Position numbers and translations under genes: made by a program. Below, one piece after another: positions 38,367 through 47,427 of a stretch of DNA of 64,000 bases. Position 1 is the stretch's first letter. The number at the start of each line of letters is the position of its first letter. Where the stretch lies: assembly GCA_030606335.1 (NCBI GenBank), contig JAUWGP010000009.1, forward strand, positions 10,363-74,362, given 5' to 3'. The notes under the pieces are model-generated. The model was not told the origin of the DNA and did not search any database. It saw only the letters and a list, made by a program, of their open reading frames with translations. Source of the stretch: a candidate division WOR-3 bacterium (lineage in GTDB: Bacteria > Hydrothermota > UBA3073).

Positions 38367-39530
38367 TTATATTCCAATTTCTTTTTCTGCCATTATTTTT
38401 CCTTCAACCATATTTCTAAGTTTTTTAAAAGCAATCTCCCATCTTCTGGTTCTTAATCCACAGTCCGGAGCAACAAATATTCTTTCTGGATCTTTTATTA
38501 TTTTAATAGCATATAGAATTCTATCCCTTACAAGTTCAGGTGGTTCAATAAAATTTGTATGTACATCAATAACTCCAAGCCCAACTACAAACTTATTATC
38601 TTTAAATTTTTCAAGAATTTTGTAACCCTTTCTTTTTTTCTCCTTTACTCCCAATTCTCTTGTATCTCTATTTGCATATTCAAAATGAACCTCATTCAGT
38701 ATTCCTTCAAGTCTTTCTATTTTGGGGAATAAAAGGGAATATTTTGAGAAACATATATGAGTACTAAAAAAGACATTACCTTTAAGGTCTCCAATACTCT
38801 CCTTAAACGTGTTTACTAATTCAGGAATTTCATCTCTTTTTGTAGTAGCAGCTGGTTCGTCTATTTGTAAAAATTTTGCTCCTCTATTATATAATGCTTG
38901 TAAATTAGGATATATAATTTCCCTTGCCATTTTTCTAAGGAATTGACTCTTACCCCCTTTTCTCTCTTTTCTTATATTATTTTCGCCAGGAGATATATCC
39001 TTGAGATAATATTCATTATAGGACCAGTCTACGAGGGTATAAGCCCCTGTTATTGGTATCTTCACTGGTTTTTTAGCAAAAGTGGATATTCTTTCAAACT
39101 CCTTAACATGATAAAATTCCTTCAATTCTGGTTTTCCTATAAAGGAGGCTTTCCTGTAATATTTATTATCAAAACTTCTTACATGTCCTTTAAAAATAAA
39201 TCCCTTTATTCTCTTAATAGGATATTCATACATCTCGACTCTATGTTGTTCCCCGTCATAAACCAAATCAATTCCTGCTTTCTCTATTAGTTTTGTTGCA
39301 TAAAGCGAGGAAAAGTATACTATTTCTTCTTTCTCATACTTTTTAAAGTCTCTCCTTTTTTTGAGAATTTCCAGGAGCTTGTCCTTTCCCTCAATTTCCA
39401 GAAGTTTTCCCCAATTTATTGCTTCTTCAATATCTTTATCTTCAAGTGGAATTCCCCTTATTGTCTTAACCCTCCAGGATGGTTTTGACAGGGAACCTAT
39501 CTCATGAGTTAAAAATGGTTTCAATTTCAT
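38367..39530 (-). CDS. Cobalamin-independent methionine synthase, C-terminal (catalytic) domain-like, stand-alone
   Basis: Collinear with the E. coli MetE C-domain: THEIGSL, DGEQHRVEMYEY, FLQIDEPA, the zinc ligands in STHICFS and APDCGLRTRRW, and C-terminal LRNMVEG. Confidence 0.75.
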   Translation of the reverse strand: MKLKPFLTHEIGSLSKPSWRVKTIRGIPLEDKDIEEAINWGKLLEIEGKDKLLEILKKRRDFKKYEKEEIVYFSSLYATKLIEKAGIDLVYDGEQHRVEMYEYPIKRIKGFIFKGHVRSFDNKYYRKASFIGKPELKEFYHVKEFERISTFAKKPVKIPITGAYTLVDWSYNEYYLKDISPGENNIRKERKGGKSQFLRKMAREIIYPNLQALYNRGAKFLQIDEPAATTKRDEIPELVNTFKESIGDLKGNVFFSTHICFSKYSLLFPKIERLEGILNEVHFEYANRDTRELGVKEKKRKGYKILEKFKDNKFVVGLGVIDVHTNFIEPPELVRDRILYAIKIIKDPERIFVAPDCGLRTRRWEIAFKKLRNMVEGKIMAEKEIGI

Positions 39531-40456
39531 TTGAAAACCCCCTTCAAATTTTCTACTTTTTGATCCATTGTTATTCTTGGTAGAAATTCAGGAGGACCAC
39601 TTGGTATAAGATAAATCTTTTCTATAGAGATATAATTTTCCAATTTCCTGATTACTTTTCTAATCTTCTCTCTGTCCTCAATAATGGTTGAATATACATT
39701 TATTACACCAGCTAATAGTGATTTATCTTTAGGGAACTTACCCATAATTTTAGAAGTAGTATTAGAGTAAAAATCAATACCAATTCCATCAAAGGGTAGG
39801 TTAAATATAAAATCCATATCTTCTTCAATTGAAAAAAAGAATGTATATAGAAATATAGGGATGTTAAATTTCTCTTTTAACCTTTCAATAAATTTTCTTC
39901 CCTCCAATTTCTCTTCATCTTTTATCTTTCGCCATCCAAAGCTTGGCTCTAAGAAAAAAAGAGCCTTGTTTTTTAGTTTATTGATACCTCCAATTAATCT
40001 AATAAAAATTTTAGATATTTCCTTAAGTGAAATACCCCTTGAAAAATCCTGAAAAAGATATAGAAAGGGAAATGGTATTATAAGATTTATATCATTTTTA
40101 AAATATCCTTCAGCAAAAAAATAGGTTTCAATCCAATCTCCAATTTTTCCCTCCATTAATTCAGGTTTGTTCTTAGACTCAATAATTCTACAGAAGGTAT
40201 TTGTTTCAAAAAATCTTAAAAGCTCTCCTTCCCGAGAATTGTGTACAATGTTAATAAAGGGACGTAACAAATCCTGCCATTCAAAAAGACCTGTTGAGAT
40301 ATATTTAAATCCATTCTGGAGTTTATAAAATTTTTCTACATCATCTCTCCTTATCTTTTTTAATTCATTAAGAGTTATTCTTCCTCTTTCAAAATCTCTT
40401 GTACAGGCAACAAGTTTCTCACTTCTTGGGTATATTCCGGGTAGTAGAATTTTCAC
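39527..40456 (-). CDS. MetE N-terminal domain-like protein (UROD/MetE fold), stand-alone
   Basis: LLPGIYPRSEKLV is comparable to the MetE N-terminal LGFPRIGxRREL. It lacks the zinc ligands. 4-bp overlap with the downstream C-domain gene. Confidence 0.5.
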   Translation of the reverse strand: MKILLPGIYPRSEKLVACTRDFERGRITLNELKKIRRDDVEKFYKLQNGFKYISTGLFEWQDLLRPFINIVHNSREGELLRFFETNTFCRIIESKNKPELMEGKIGDWIETYFFAEGYFKNDINLIIPFPFLYLFQDFSRGISLKEISKIFIRLIGGINKLKNKALFFLEPSFGWRKIKDEEKLEGRKFIERLKEKFNIPIFLYTFFFSIEEDMDFIFNLPFDGIGIDFYSNTTSKIMGKFPKDKSLLAGVINVYSTIIEDREKIRKVIRKLENYISIEKIYLIPSGPPEFLPRITMDQKVENLKGVFK

Positions 40457-40458
40457 TG

Positions 40459-41331
40459 TTATATTCTCCTTTTTATCTCTACAAGTATTTTCTCTGCTGG
40501 TTTTAAATTGTTATACATTACATGTTCGATATTAAAGCTTAATTTTATTTTCTGTTTATCCATGAAATCAAAAATTTCATCAATCAGTCTGTTTAGTATT
40601 TCAAAGGTTCTCCTTTCTACCTCTTTTTCTTTATCAATAAGGTATGAAAGTATTGCTGAGGGGAATTCTACTCCAAGCCATTTCATAAATTCAATATCCT
40701 TTACTCTTAAAGCAGGAGCAAGAGAAATATATATTTCTGGTAGAGGTAGCTTTTCTTTCTCTAATAAATTTAAAAGATTAATAATAACATGCTTTATATT
40801 TGCTGTTTGAAATATTATTTGGGAAACGAAAAATTCTATCCCATTCTTCATCTTTGCAATAATTCTTTCCTCTTCCCCTTTTCTTGTAAAAATTGTAATA
40901 CCCCCGAGTTTTATATCCGGAAATCTTCTATGTATAAACCCCCCAGCTGCAAGAACAGAATATCCAGGATATTTTATTTGATTTGATTCTCCCCCTACAA
41001 TAGTAATATGTCTTATCCCATTTTTATGAACCTTTTCCACCCATCCCTTAAAAGCTCCCTTTTCCTTTATTACACATATCTTGTTAGGAACAGGTATTAC
41101 TTTTCCTGCGTATTTTTTCACCAACTCAGAAAAAAATATATTATCTATTTTGGGTGTGAAGGAAACCGTCCTTGCTTCTCTTCTTGTAATTTCATTCACT
41201 ACTTCAGGTAAACTTATGTATGAAATTTTATTGTTATTTAAAATTTTAGAGACCTTTAATACCCAGTTTTCAACTCTTTCAACCCCCCAGGTTATAGGAG
41301 GGGCTATTACTTCAAACATTATTCTATCCAT
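40459..41331 (-). CDS. Methylenetetrahydrofolate reductase-like protein
   Basis: MFEVIAPP (compare SFEFFPP), NGIRHITIVGGE (compare NGIRHIVALRGD), FFVSQIIF (compare ITQFFFD). Confidence 0.55.
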   Translation of the reverse strand: MDRIMFEVIAPPITWGVERVENWVLKVSKILNNNKISYISLPEVVNEITRREARTVSFTPKIDNIFFSELVKKYAGKVIPVPNKICVIKEKGAFKGWVEKVHKNGIRHITIVGGESNQIKYPGYSVLAAGGFIHRRFPDIKLGGITIFTRKGEEERIIAKMKNGIEFFVSQIIFQTANIKHVIINLLNLLEKEKLPLPEIYISLAPALRVKDIEFMKWLGVEFPSAILSYLIDKEKEVERRTFEILNRLIDEIFDFMDKQKIKLSFNIEHVMYNNLKPAEKILVEIKRRI

Positions 41332-41454
41332 AAAATATAAACTTAATGCAAAAAAGTTACAGGATTAATAGAATTTTAGTTCTTCTTCTTTGAAATTAAA
41401 AAATCTAATTTCCTCAAAAGTAGATAAGTACTGTCTATATCGATCGAAACTTTC

Positions 41455-42000
41455 TTATTTATAGTCTATTTTTCTGCAAATAAACAAAAGATTGTTTAAA
41501 AATAATAATTTTAAAAAATCGTAAATCGGTCCCTTTCTTCTTCTGAGTGCAATTATTATTTTTTCAACTTTAAAGCCGTGTTCTTCTATTAAATATTTTA
41601 AAGTATATTTGCAATACCAACAAGTGTGGAAGATATTAGGTCTAAATAGAAGATAACCAATTGATTTAACATTTGGAGTTACAATAATCATCAATCCATT
41701 ATTTTCAAGATGCTGATTCATATTGTCTAAGAATAAACCAGCATTATGGATGTGTTCTATAACATCTCCTGCAATAACAACATCAAATTTTTTATTTAGT
41801 TCAATTGTTTCTGCATTTCCCTTTATTATCTCTTTATTGTCACCCTCTATGTCCACTCCTGTAATACTTTTTCCTCTTTCTTTCATTAGATTAAACAAGG
41901 TTTTTGTTTTTGTTGTCTCCCCTTGATTTGCACAACTTCCAATATCTAAGATATCTTTGTCTTTTAAATACTCTAAGATTATATCATAACATGTTCTCAT
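41455..42000 (-). CDS. Class I SAM-dependent methyltransferase (small)
   Basis: Motif I ILDIGSCANQG, post-I acidic residue, VVIAGDVIEH motif, 181 aa. Confidence 0.7.
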   Translation of the reverse strand: MRTCYDIILEYLKDKDILDIGSCANQGETTKTKTLFNLMKERGKSITGVDIEGDNKEIIKGNAETIELNKKFDVVIAGDVIEHIHNAGLFLDNMNQHLENNGLMIIVTPNVKSIGYLLFRPNIFHTCWYCKYTLKYLIEEHGFKVEKIIIALRRRKGPIYDFLKLLFLNNLLFICRKIDYK

Positions 42001-42342
42001 ACTTTAGTCCTAATTACTGTCAAAATACAGAGCATAAAAACATTAATACCTTAATATCGATGGGTTAAAAAGCAATATATTATGCCATAATTTCGTTACA
42101 ACTATATGTTATAGACTTCTTCTTGTATATTTTTAGACATTCTGTAGTGATTTTAAAGAATAACTATTCTTAACGTCAAACTGTCGAAAACATAACCTGT
42201 ATTTTAGTATAATACAATATTAGAAAAAAGTCAAGAAAAAAGACAGTAGATTAGGTTAATAATAGATATATTCAACGGATTAAGCAGATTAAGCGGACTT
42301 TTTTACAATATAGTAGGCAGTTCCGTTGGAATAGCTGCGCAT

Positions 42343-42815
42343 TTTACGCCGTACATTGTTACTACAGGGCAGGCCACGATGTAATATTAAAAAACTAATT
42401 ACATATGGCAAGCAGGATAAATAGGGCATAGAGCGAGAAACGGAGAATGGGTGAAACCGGGGAGAGCGTAGAGCGAAAAGCGTAGTGCGTAAAGCGTAGA
42501 GTAAGGCTTCATCCTTGCGAGAAGAGAGAAGTTGAAGTCAATTATCAATGCAAGATTAGCAATTAGCAATTCAAAATTGCGGGGAAGAGAGAGGAGTATT
42601 GAGCATATGGTGTAGGGCGTAAAGCGTAGAGCGAGAAGAGGAGAAAGGGAAGATTTACGATTGACTATTGACCCTGATGAAATAGATACTCATTTCACAC
42701 TGTACGCTATGCTACAGGACAGGCCACGATGTAATATTAAAAAACTAATTACATATGGCAAGCAGGATAAATAGGGCATAGAGCGAGAAACGGAGAATGG
42801 GTGAAACGGGGAATC
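42343..42815. repeat. 87-bp perfect direct repeat pair within a 1-kb ORF-free region
   Basis: AGGCCACGATGTAATATTAAAAAACTAATTACATATGGCAAGCAGGATAAATAGGGCATAGAGCGAGAAACGGAGAATGGGTGAAAC sits at about 42362-42448 and again at about 42719-42805. Between them are GC-richer word repeats (GCGTAGAGCG, GCGTAAAGCGT, CAATTAGCAATTAGCAATT) that are reverse complements of words in 4600-4900. Confidence 0.85.
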
Positions 42816-42975
42816 GGAGCAAAGGGAAAGTAAGTAGTAAGCACTATGCACTAACAACTAAATATACAAGATAAACCAAACAAACCAGATAAACCCTTCG
42901 TGTCTTTGTGTCTTTCCATTAGCTAACGGACTTGGTGGCATTAGAAGAAATGTGGAATGTAGTCTGATTATTATT

Positions 42976-43683
42976 TTACACACAATCCAAAATTTGGAGA
43001 ATTTCATTGAGTTTTTTTACCTCATAATCAGGTTTAGTGTTTATATCTAAATGATGTAAGCCATCAGGATTGAACCAGCAAGTATGCATTCCAGCTTTCT
43101 TAGCACCTATTATATCAATATTATAAGAATCACCTACATATAAACATTCCTCTGGTTCCTTGCCTAATGAGTTATTAGCCATCCAGAAAATTTCTGGAGC
43201 TGGCTTCATAATGCACACCTCTCCAGAAAGCACAATACAATGGAACAGGTGTCTTATGCCAATTGTCTTCAGCTTCTGATATTGAACATCCGGAAAACCA
43301 TTAGAGACAATACCCAGCTGAAACTTCCTCGCAAGATTTTCTATAACAATCTTTGCACCTTTAATCTGTTTACCAATGATGTAATAGGATTTTATATACA
43401 TTGTTGTTATTCCTTCTGCAAACTCCTCATCCAATCCAAGAATCTTTAGAAATCTATGACTCCTTCTATTCCGAACCACTTTTGCAGAACTACCCTCATT
43501 GAATTCCTGTATTGCCAGAAGGTCTGATTCAAAGAATGCGTTGGTTATATTCTCTTCATCTATTCCTGAAAATATATTACTAAATTCTTTCACGATTAGA
43601 TGTATTATCTCTCGTTGGGCTCTCTTTCTGTCAAAAAGTGTGTCGTCTATGTCAAAAAGGATAGCTCTCAAATTATTTATCAT
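42976..43683 (-). CDS. HAD-family hydrolase (subfamily IA)
   Basis: Motif I FDIDDTL, with motifs II-IV present, 235 aa. Confidence 0.8.
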   Translation of the reverse strand: MINNLRAILFDIDDTLFDRKRAQREIIHLIVKEFSNIFSGIDEENITNAFFESDLLAIQEFNEGSSAKVVRNRRSHRFLKILGLDEEFAEGITTMYIKSYYIIGKQIKGAKIVIENLARKFQLGIVSNGFPDVQYQKLKTIGIRHLFHCIVLSGEVCIMKPAPEIFWMANNSLGKEPEECLYVGDSYNIDIIGAKKAGMHTCWFNPDGLHHLDINTKPDYEVKKLNEILQILDCV

Positions 43684-43685
43684 TA

Positions 43686-44006
43686 TTAACTAAATTCATT
43701 CTTTCCAATTGATACAAATATAGTAGAAAGTATTCCCAATACAGGTATACAGGGAATTGCAACTATAGCACCGGCAAGTGCAAGTCCCCATGCTTTTCTG
43801 AAGATTGCAGCTATACCTCCAATTATTGCTACTATTCCCAAAATAATCCTCCCAATTCCAGGCAGAATAAAAAAACCTATATAGGCTCTATGAAGTCCCC
43901 AGAAAAATCTACCCAAACCAGGTATAAAAGCAACTCCACTAATTGCAATAAACCCGGCAACTATGCTCAGGACACCAGCCACAACCGGCTTCCCTGTTTT
44001 TTCCAT
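43686..44006 (-). CDS. Small Gly-rich membrane protein, hypothetical
   Basis: Three or four TM segments. Adjacent to the HAD gene. Confidence 0.45.
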   Translation of the reverse strand: MEKTGKPVVAGVLSIVAGFIAISGVAFIPGLGRFFWGLHRAYIGFFILPGIGRIILGIVAIIGGIAAIFRKAWGLALAGAIVAIPCIPVLGILSTIFVSIGKNEFS

Positions 44007-44180
44007 TTGTCTCTCCTTTATTTAGTTTAAGATAAAATATCAATCACACCTGCCTACCGTCAGGCAGGGAGGTCATATATGATATGACTAAGTGAACTCT
44101 ATGTACTCTCCGTGCTCCGCGGTTAAAAAATCTCTATGTTCTCTTCACAGTATTTTCTGAATGTGGTCTATTCATCAAAT

Positions 44181-44861
44181 TTACACATTATCAGATGTCT
44201 TTTGTGATATACTGACCGAGTGATAGAGAGAAGCATATGTAAGACTGATCCACATCGCTGCTGGAATGATTCCTACAATGAAGCAAATAAGTCCCGCAAT
44301 AGCGATAGGAATTGCTACTAAACCGATCAGAAAGACCTGTATAGCATAACCATTAGTCATACACCAGCTCTCTTTGAATGCCTCTATTGCCTCCATCTTT
44401 TTATCAACAATTAGATATGGTACAAAGGCTAATTTACATGCAAAAATAATGCCCGGTACTATGAAAAATACAACTCCAATACCAACAACTACAGCTACGA
44501 GTAAACACGCCAGGACTGCATTCCAATAGTTTTGGAAAACATCAAACATATTCTTAATCTCGAGCTTTTCACCCCTCGCAGCCTTAAGATAGGCAAAAGA
44601 TACGCCATACTTAATAGGCCAGGCTAATAGAATTGTGTATGCTAAACTGAAAATAATAATATATAAAACTACAATACCTCCAATATCTTCTGAAATTTTA
44701 AGAAAAGAACCTGGAAGAGAAATGAAAAAGTATATGATAACTATGAGAAATAATTCTAAGAAGTACTTCCAGAGCTTTCGCCAACCGTACTGGTAGCAAG
44801 TACCCACCTCTGGTTCAAACGAGGTCAAGCTCTGCTGAATTATCTCGTTGTTATTATCCAT
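44181..44861 (-). CDS. Hypothetical polytopic membrane protein
   Basis: Multiple TM helices. No catalytic motif. Confidence 0.5.
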   Translation of the reverse strand: MDNNNEIIQQSLTSFEPEVGTCYQYGWRKLWKYFLELFLIVIIYFFISLPGSFLKISEDIGGIVVLYIIIFSLAYTILLAWPIKYGVSFAYLKAARGEKLEIKNMFDVFQNYWNAVLACLLVAVVVGIGVVFFIVPGIIFACKLAFVPYLIVDKKMEAIEAFKESWCMTNGYAIQVFLIGLVAIPIAIAGLICFIVGIIPAAMWISLTYASLYHSVSISQKTSDNV

Positions 44862-44909
44862 AAACTCCCTCCCGATGTAATAATTAGTATCGTCAAAAAG
44901 CTAACCACA

Positions 44910-44930
44910 CCCCGCTTTTGGCGGGGCAGG
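44910..44930. repeat. GC hairpin, family C (CCCCGCTTTTGGCGGGGCAGG, inverted orientation)
   Basis: The reverse complement is CCTGCCCCGCCAAAAGCGGGG. It is followed by the inverted TCTTTTCGCAAGG module and a CCTGACGGCAGTCAGG hairpin. Confidence 0.65.
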
Positions 44931-45064
44931 GAGAACAGTTTGAGAAAAGCGAAGGGTGAGAAATACTATATCTTTTCTCTCTTTTCGCAAGGCTAACTTG
45001 CCTGACGGCAGTCAGGAAGCCTTGCAATATAGTCTCATCTCTCATCTCCTTTCTTCCCTCCCTG

Positions 45065-45349
45065 TTATTCTTCTTTTACCTTATCCTCTTCCATTATTTC
45101 CTTAATCTTCCTCTCTTCCCAATCCTTTCCAAATATCTTTTTAGTACCAAAAACAGAAAACCCGTGAAAAAATAAACCTATCCCCCAACCAAATAGAGGC
45201 CAATAGAACCATAATGAACCTGGCGAGGTAAGAATATTTATTATAAACAGTACCAGGTTTACCAGTATGTAAATAATAAGGTGAACGTAAAAGGATTTTA
45301 TTTCCTCGACCCTCTCTTTTGCCTCTTTATATCTTTTATCTTCTTCCAT
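45065..45349 (-). CDS. 2TM-domain small membrane protein
   Basis: Charged N- and C-termini around two TM helices (FYVHLIIYILVNLVLFIINIL...FYWPLFGWGIGLFFHGF). Confidence 0.5.
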   Translation of the reverse strand: MEEDKRYKEAKERVEEIKSFYVHLIIYILVNLVLFIINILTSPGSLWFYWPLFGWGIGLFFHGFSVFGTKKIFGKDWEERKIKEIMEEDKVKEE

Positions 45350-45409
45350 TTTCGACCTCCTCTATTATAGTACTCTATAATTATAATAAATCTACATCAC
45401 TTCAATTAG

Positions 45410-45742
45410 TTATTTTTCTTCATCATCTTCTGTACGGACGATCTGAATCCTAACCTTTGCAAGCAGTGCTGCCATTGCACCCAATGCTACCAGTATCGGC
45501 GAGAAAAATGTTACCACACTGCCAACTACTACACCTGCTGTTAGTGGTATTTCAACTAAAATCTCACCGCTTGATTTTCTAATAATTAACCTACGAACAT
45601 TACCTTCTTTAATCAATTCTTTTACACGTTCTACAAGTTCACTTCCGGCAATTTCTATTTCCTCAGTCCAGGTGCGTTTCTTTTTCTTATTATCCATCTC
45701 TCCTCCTTCAGGATTTTTACGTATTGTCAAAAATCTAACCAC
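45410..45742 (-). CDS. DUF4342-like small protein
   Basis: TEEIEIAGSELVERVKELIKEGNVRRLIIRK...GEILVEIPLTAG fits DUF4342. The likely start is the internal Met at 45697. The longer N-terminus (MVRFL...) comes from the upstream repeat. Confidence 0.5.
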   Translation of the reverse strand: MVRFLTIRKNPEGGEMDNKKKKRTWTEEIEIAGSELVERVKELIKEGNVRRLIIRKSSGEILVEIPLTAGVVVGSVVTFFSPILVALGAMAALLAKVRIQIVRTEDDEEK

Positions 45743-45833
45743 AGATCCACCCTGTTAAATATTTACAAAATTAAGTACAAGTAATCATCTCTGGTACTTT
45801 ATTTAACAGGGGAACCACAGAGAATCTTTAGTA
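45737..45833. repeat. Family B palindromic element (CCACAGATCCAC-CCTGTTAAATA ... TATTTAACAGGG-GAACCACAGAG)
   Basis: Same architecture as the copies at 6298 and 17818. Confidence 0.8.
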
Positions 45834-45869
45834 TTAAGGGATTATAAAAGATTTTTATTCCTCCCCTCT

Positions 45870-45895
45870 CTGCCCCGCCGATGGCGGGGTGAATG
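45870..45895. repeat. GC hairpin, family C (CTGCCCCGCCGATGGCGGGGTGAATG)
   Basis: Same flanks as the copy at 18012. Confidence 0.7.
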
Positions 45896-45954
45896 ACCTC
45901 TTATAAGACTAATCTTTTTATTCCATCTTTTAACCTTTCTACATTAAAATTTAA

Positions 45955-46015
45955 CCGCAGAGCACGTTCACCCTGTTAGATAATTCTATATCTAACGGGG
46001 CAGGAAGAGCTCAGA
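45955..46015. repeat. Family B element, compact variant (CCGCAGAGCACGTTCAC-CCTGTTAGATA-ATTC-TATCTAACGGGG...CTCAGAG)
   Basis: 12-bp stem with one G.U-type mismatch and a 4-nt loop. Confidence 0.7.
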
Positions 46016-46174
46016 GTATTTTTTAATTTTGATTTGTCATTTTAATATTTAATTTTTTATATCTAATATTACCTCTGTGACCTCTGTGGTTTGTCATATT
46101 CTTTCATATTCTATTTGACACTACCGATTTTTATATTTTCAATCGATACTCAACCATATAAACAATTATTACCT

Positions 46175-47107
46175 TCACTTTCCAAGTTCTTTCAATCTTT
46201 CCAATCTTTTATGTTCATTTCTCATTAACCACTCGTCTTTTGAAAGTATATCGTATGCAAGTTTGAAATATTTTTGTGCTTCTTCCTTTTCTCCCAATAA
46301 CAATAAACACTCCCCTAATTCCTCAAACACATAACCATCGGGTTCAAACCCTTCTTCTTCGATTTCTTTTTCTAATGCACTCTGGATATCAAGGGCTTCA
46401 TCTATTCTGCCGAGTGATCGATAAGTTCTTGCAATACACCATTTAGCGATTATTATAGAATATATATTATTACTTTCTTCTCGCAATTTTAATGACTTTT
46501 TAAACATCTCTAATGCCCTATCATATTCTTTCAAATCGTGATAGGTCCAACCAGTATTGTTGTACAGAGGACCTAACCAATTTTTTGCTCGCTGGTCAGT
46601 TGATTTTTCAGCCAGTTCTATTGCTTTATTAGCCCACTCTATTTGTTTTTCTGGTGGTTCAACAATTTGCAACATATGTATTGCATCAATTGCATAGAAG
46701 TCTTTTTTATTCGCATCTGCGATTTCCAATGCTTCTAAAAAGAGTGGTTTAGCTTTATCCGGGTAATTTGAAGAATTATACACCCTTCCTCTTTCAAGAA
46801 GAAATCTTATTCTTGCAAGAATTAAATCATCCATTAATATGGTTTCAACACTATCAAGTGTTTGATGAGCATCCTCAAACTTATACTGCAATCCTTGTGT
46901 CCTTGCTATTTGTGTCAACAATTGGGCATAATAAGATAGGTTATCTGATTGTTTTGCTGTAGGTATCAATTCCCGAAATTTGATTTCAGTCTGCTCAGGA
47001 TTATTGTAATCCCAGAGTGCATCAAAATCAGCCAATGGTTTCACATCTTTTTTAGTCGAGCATCCTGCAATAATTAATACAGTTAGAAATACCAGGATTC
47101 TATTCAT
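46175..47107 (-). CDS. TPR-repeat lipoprotein
   Basis: From the internal Met, MNRILVFLTVLIIAGCS (lipobox) followed by multiple TPR-like helical repeats. The ORF-track start at 47152 extends into the repeat. Confidence 0.7.
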   Translation of the reverse strand: MNRILVFLTVLIIAGCSTKKDVKPLADFDALWDYNNPEQTEIKFRELIPTAKQSDNLSYYAQLLTQIARTQGLQYKFEDAHQTLDSVETILMDDLILARIRFLLERGRVYNSSNYPDKAKPLFLEALEIADANKKDFYAIDAIHMLQIVEPPEKQIEWANKAIELAEKSTDQRAKNWLGPLYNNTGWTYHDLKEYDRALEMFKKSLKLREESNNIYSIIIAKWCIARTYRSLGRIDEALDIQSALEKEIEEEGFEPDGYVFEELGECLLLLGEKEEAQKYFKLAYDILSKDEWLMRNEHKRLERLKELGK

Positions 47108-47427
47108 TTTTTCTTCTTGTTTAAGATTTAGTATTGCCAAAAATCTAACCACTCACAGAGTCTGCGACAAAGAGCAGTTTGCGATTTAACCTTCTATCTT
47201 TTCGCAAGGATAACTTACCTGATGGTAGGTAGGTGTACCTACAATAATCATTTATAGAGTGCAATGATAATAATGTGTATCTGCAATCAAGAATACAAAT
47301 TGAAAAAAATCAATAAAGTGTTTTTGTATCACAAAAATCTAAATATGAATTACAAGGCAAGCTTAAGTTAGTAAATATTAAGGAGTTAGAATGGTGGGTG
47401 ATCATATGATTAGATTCAAGGTAAATA

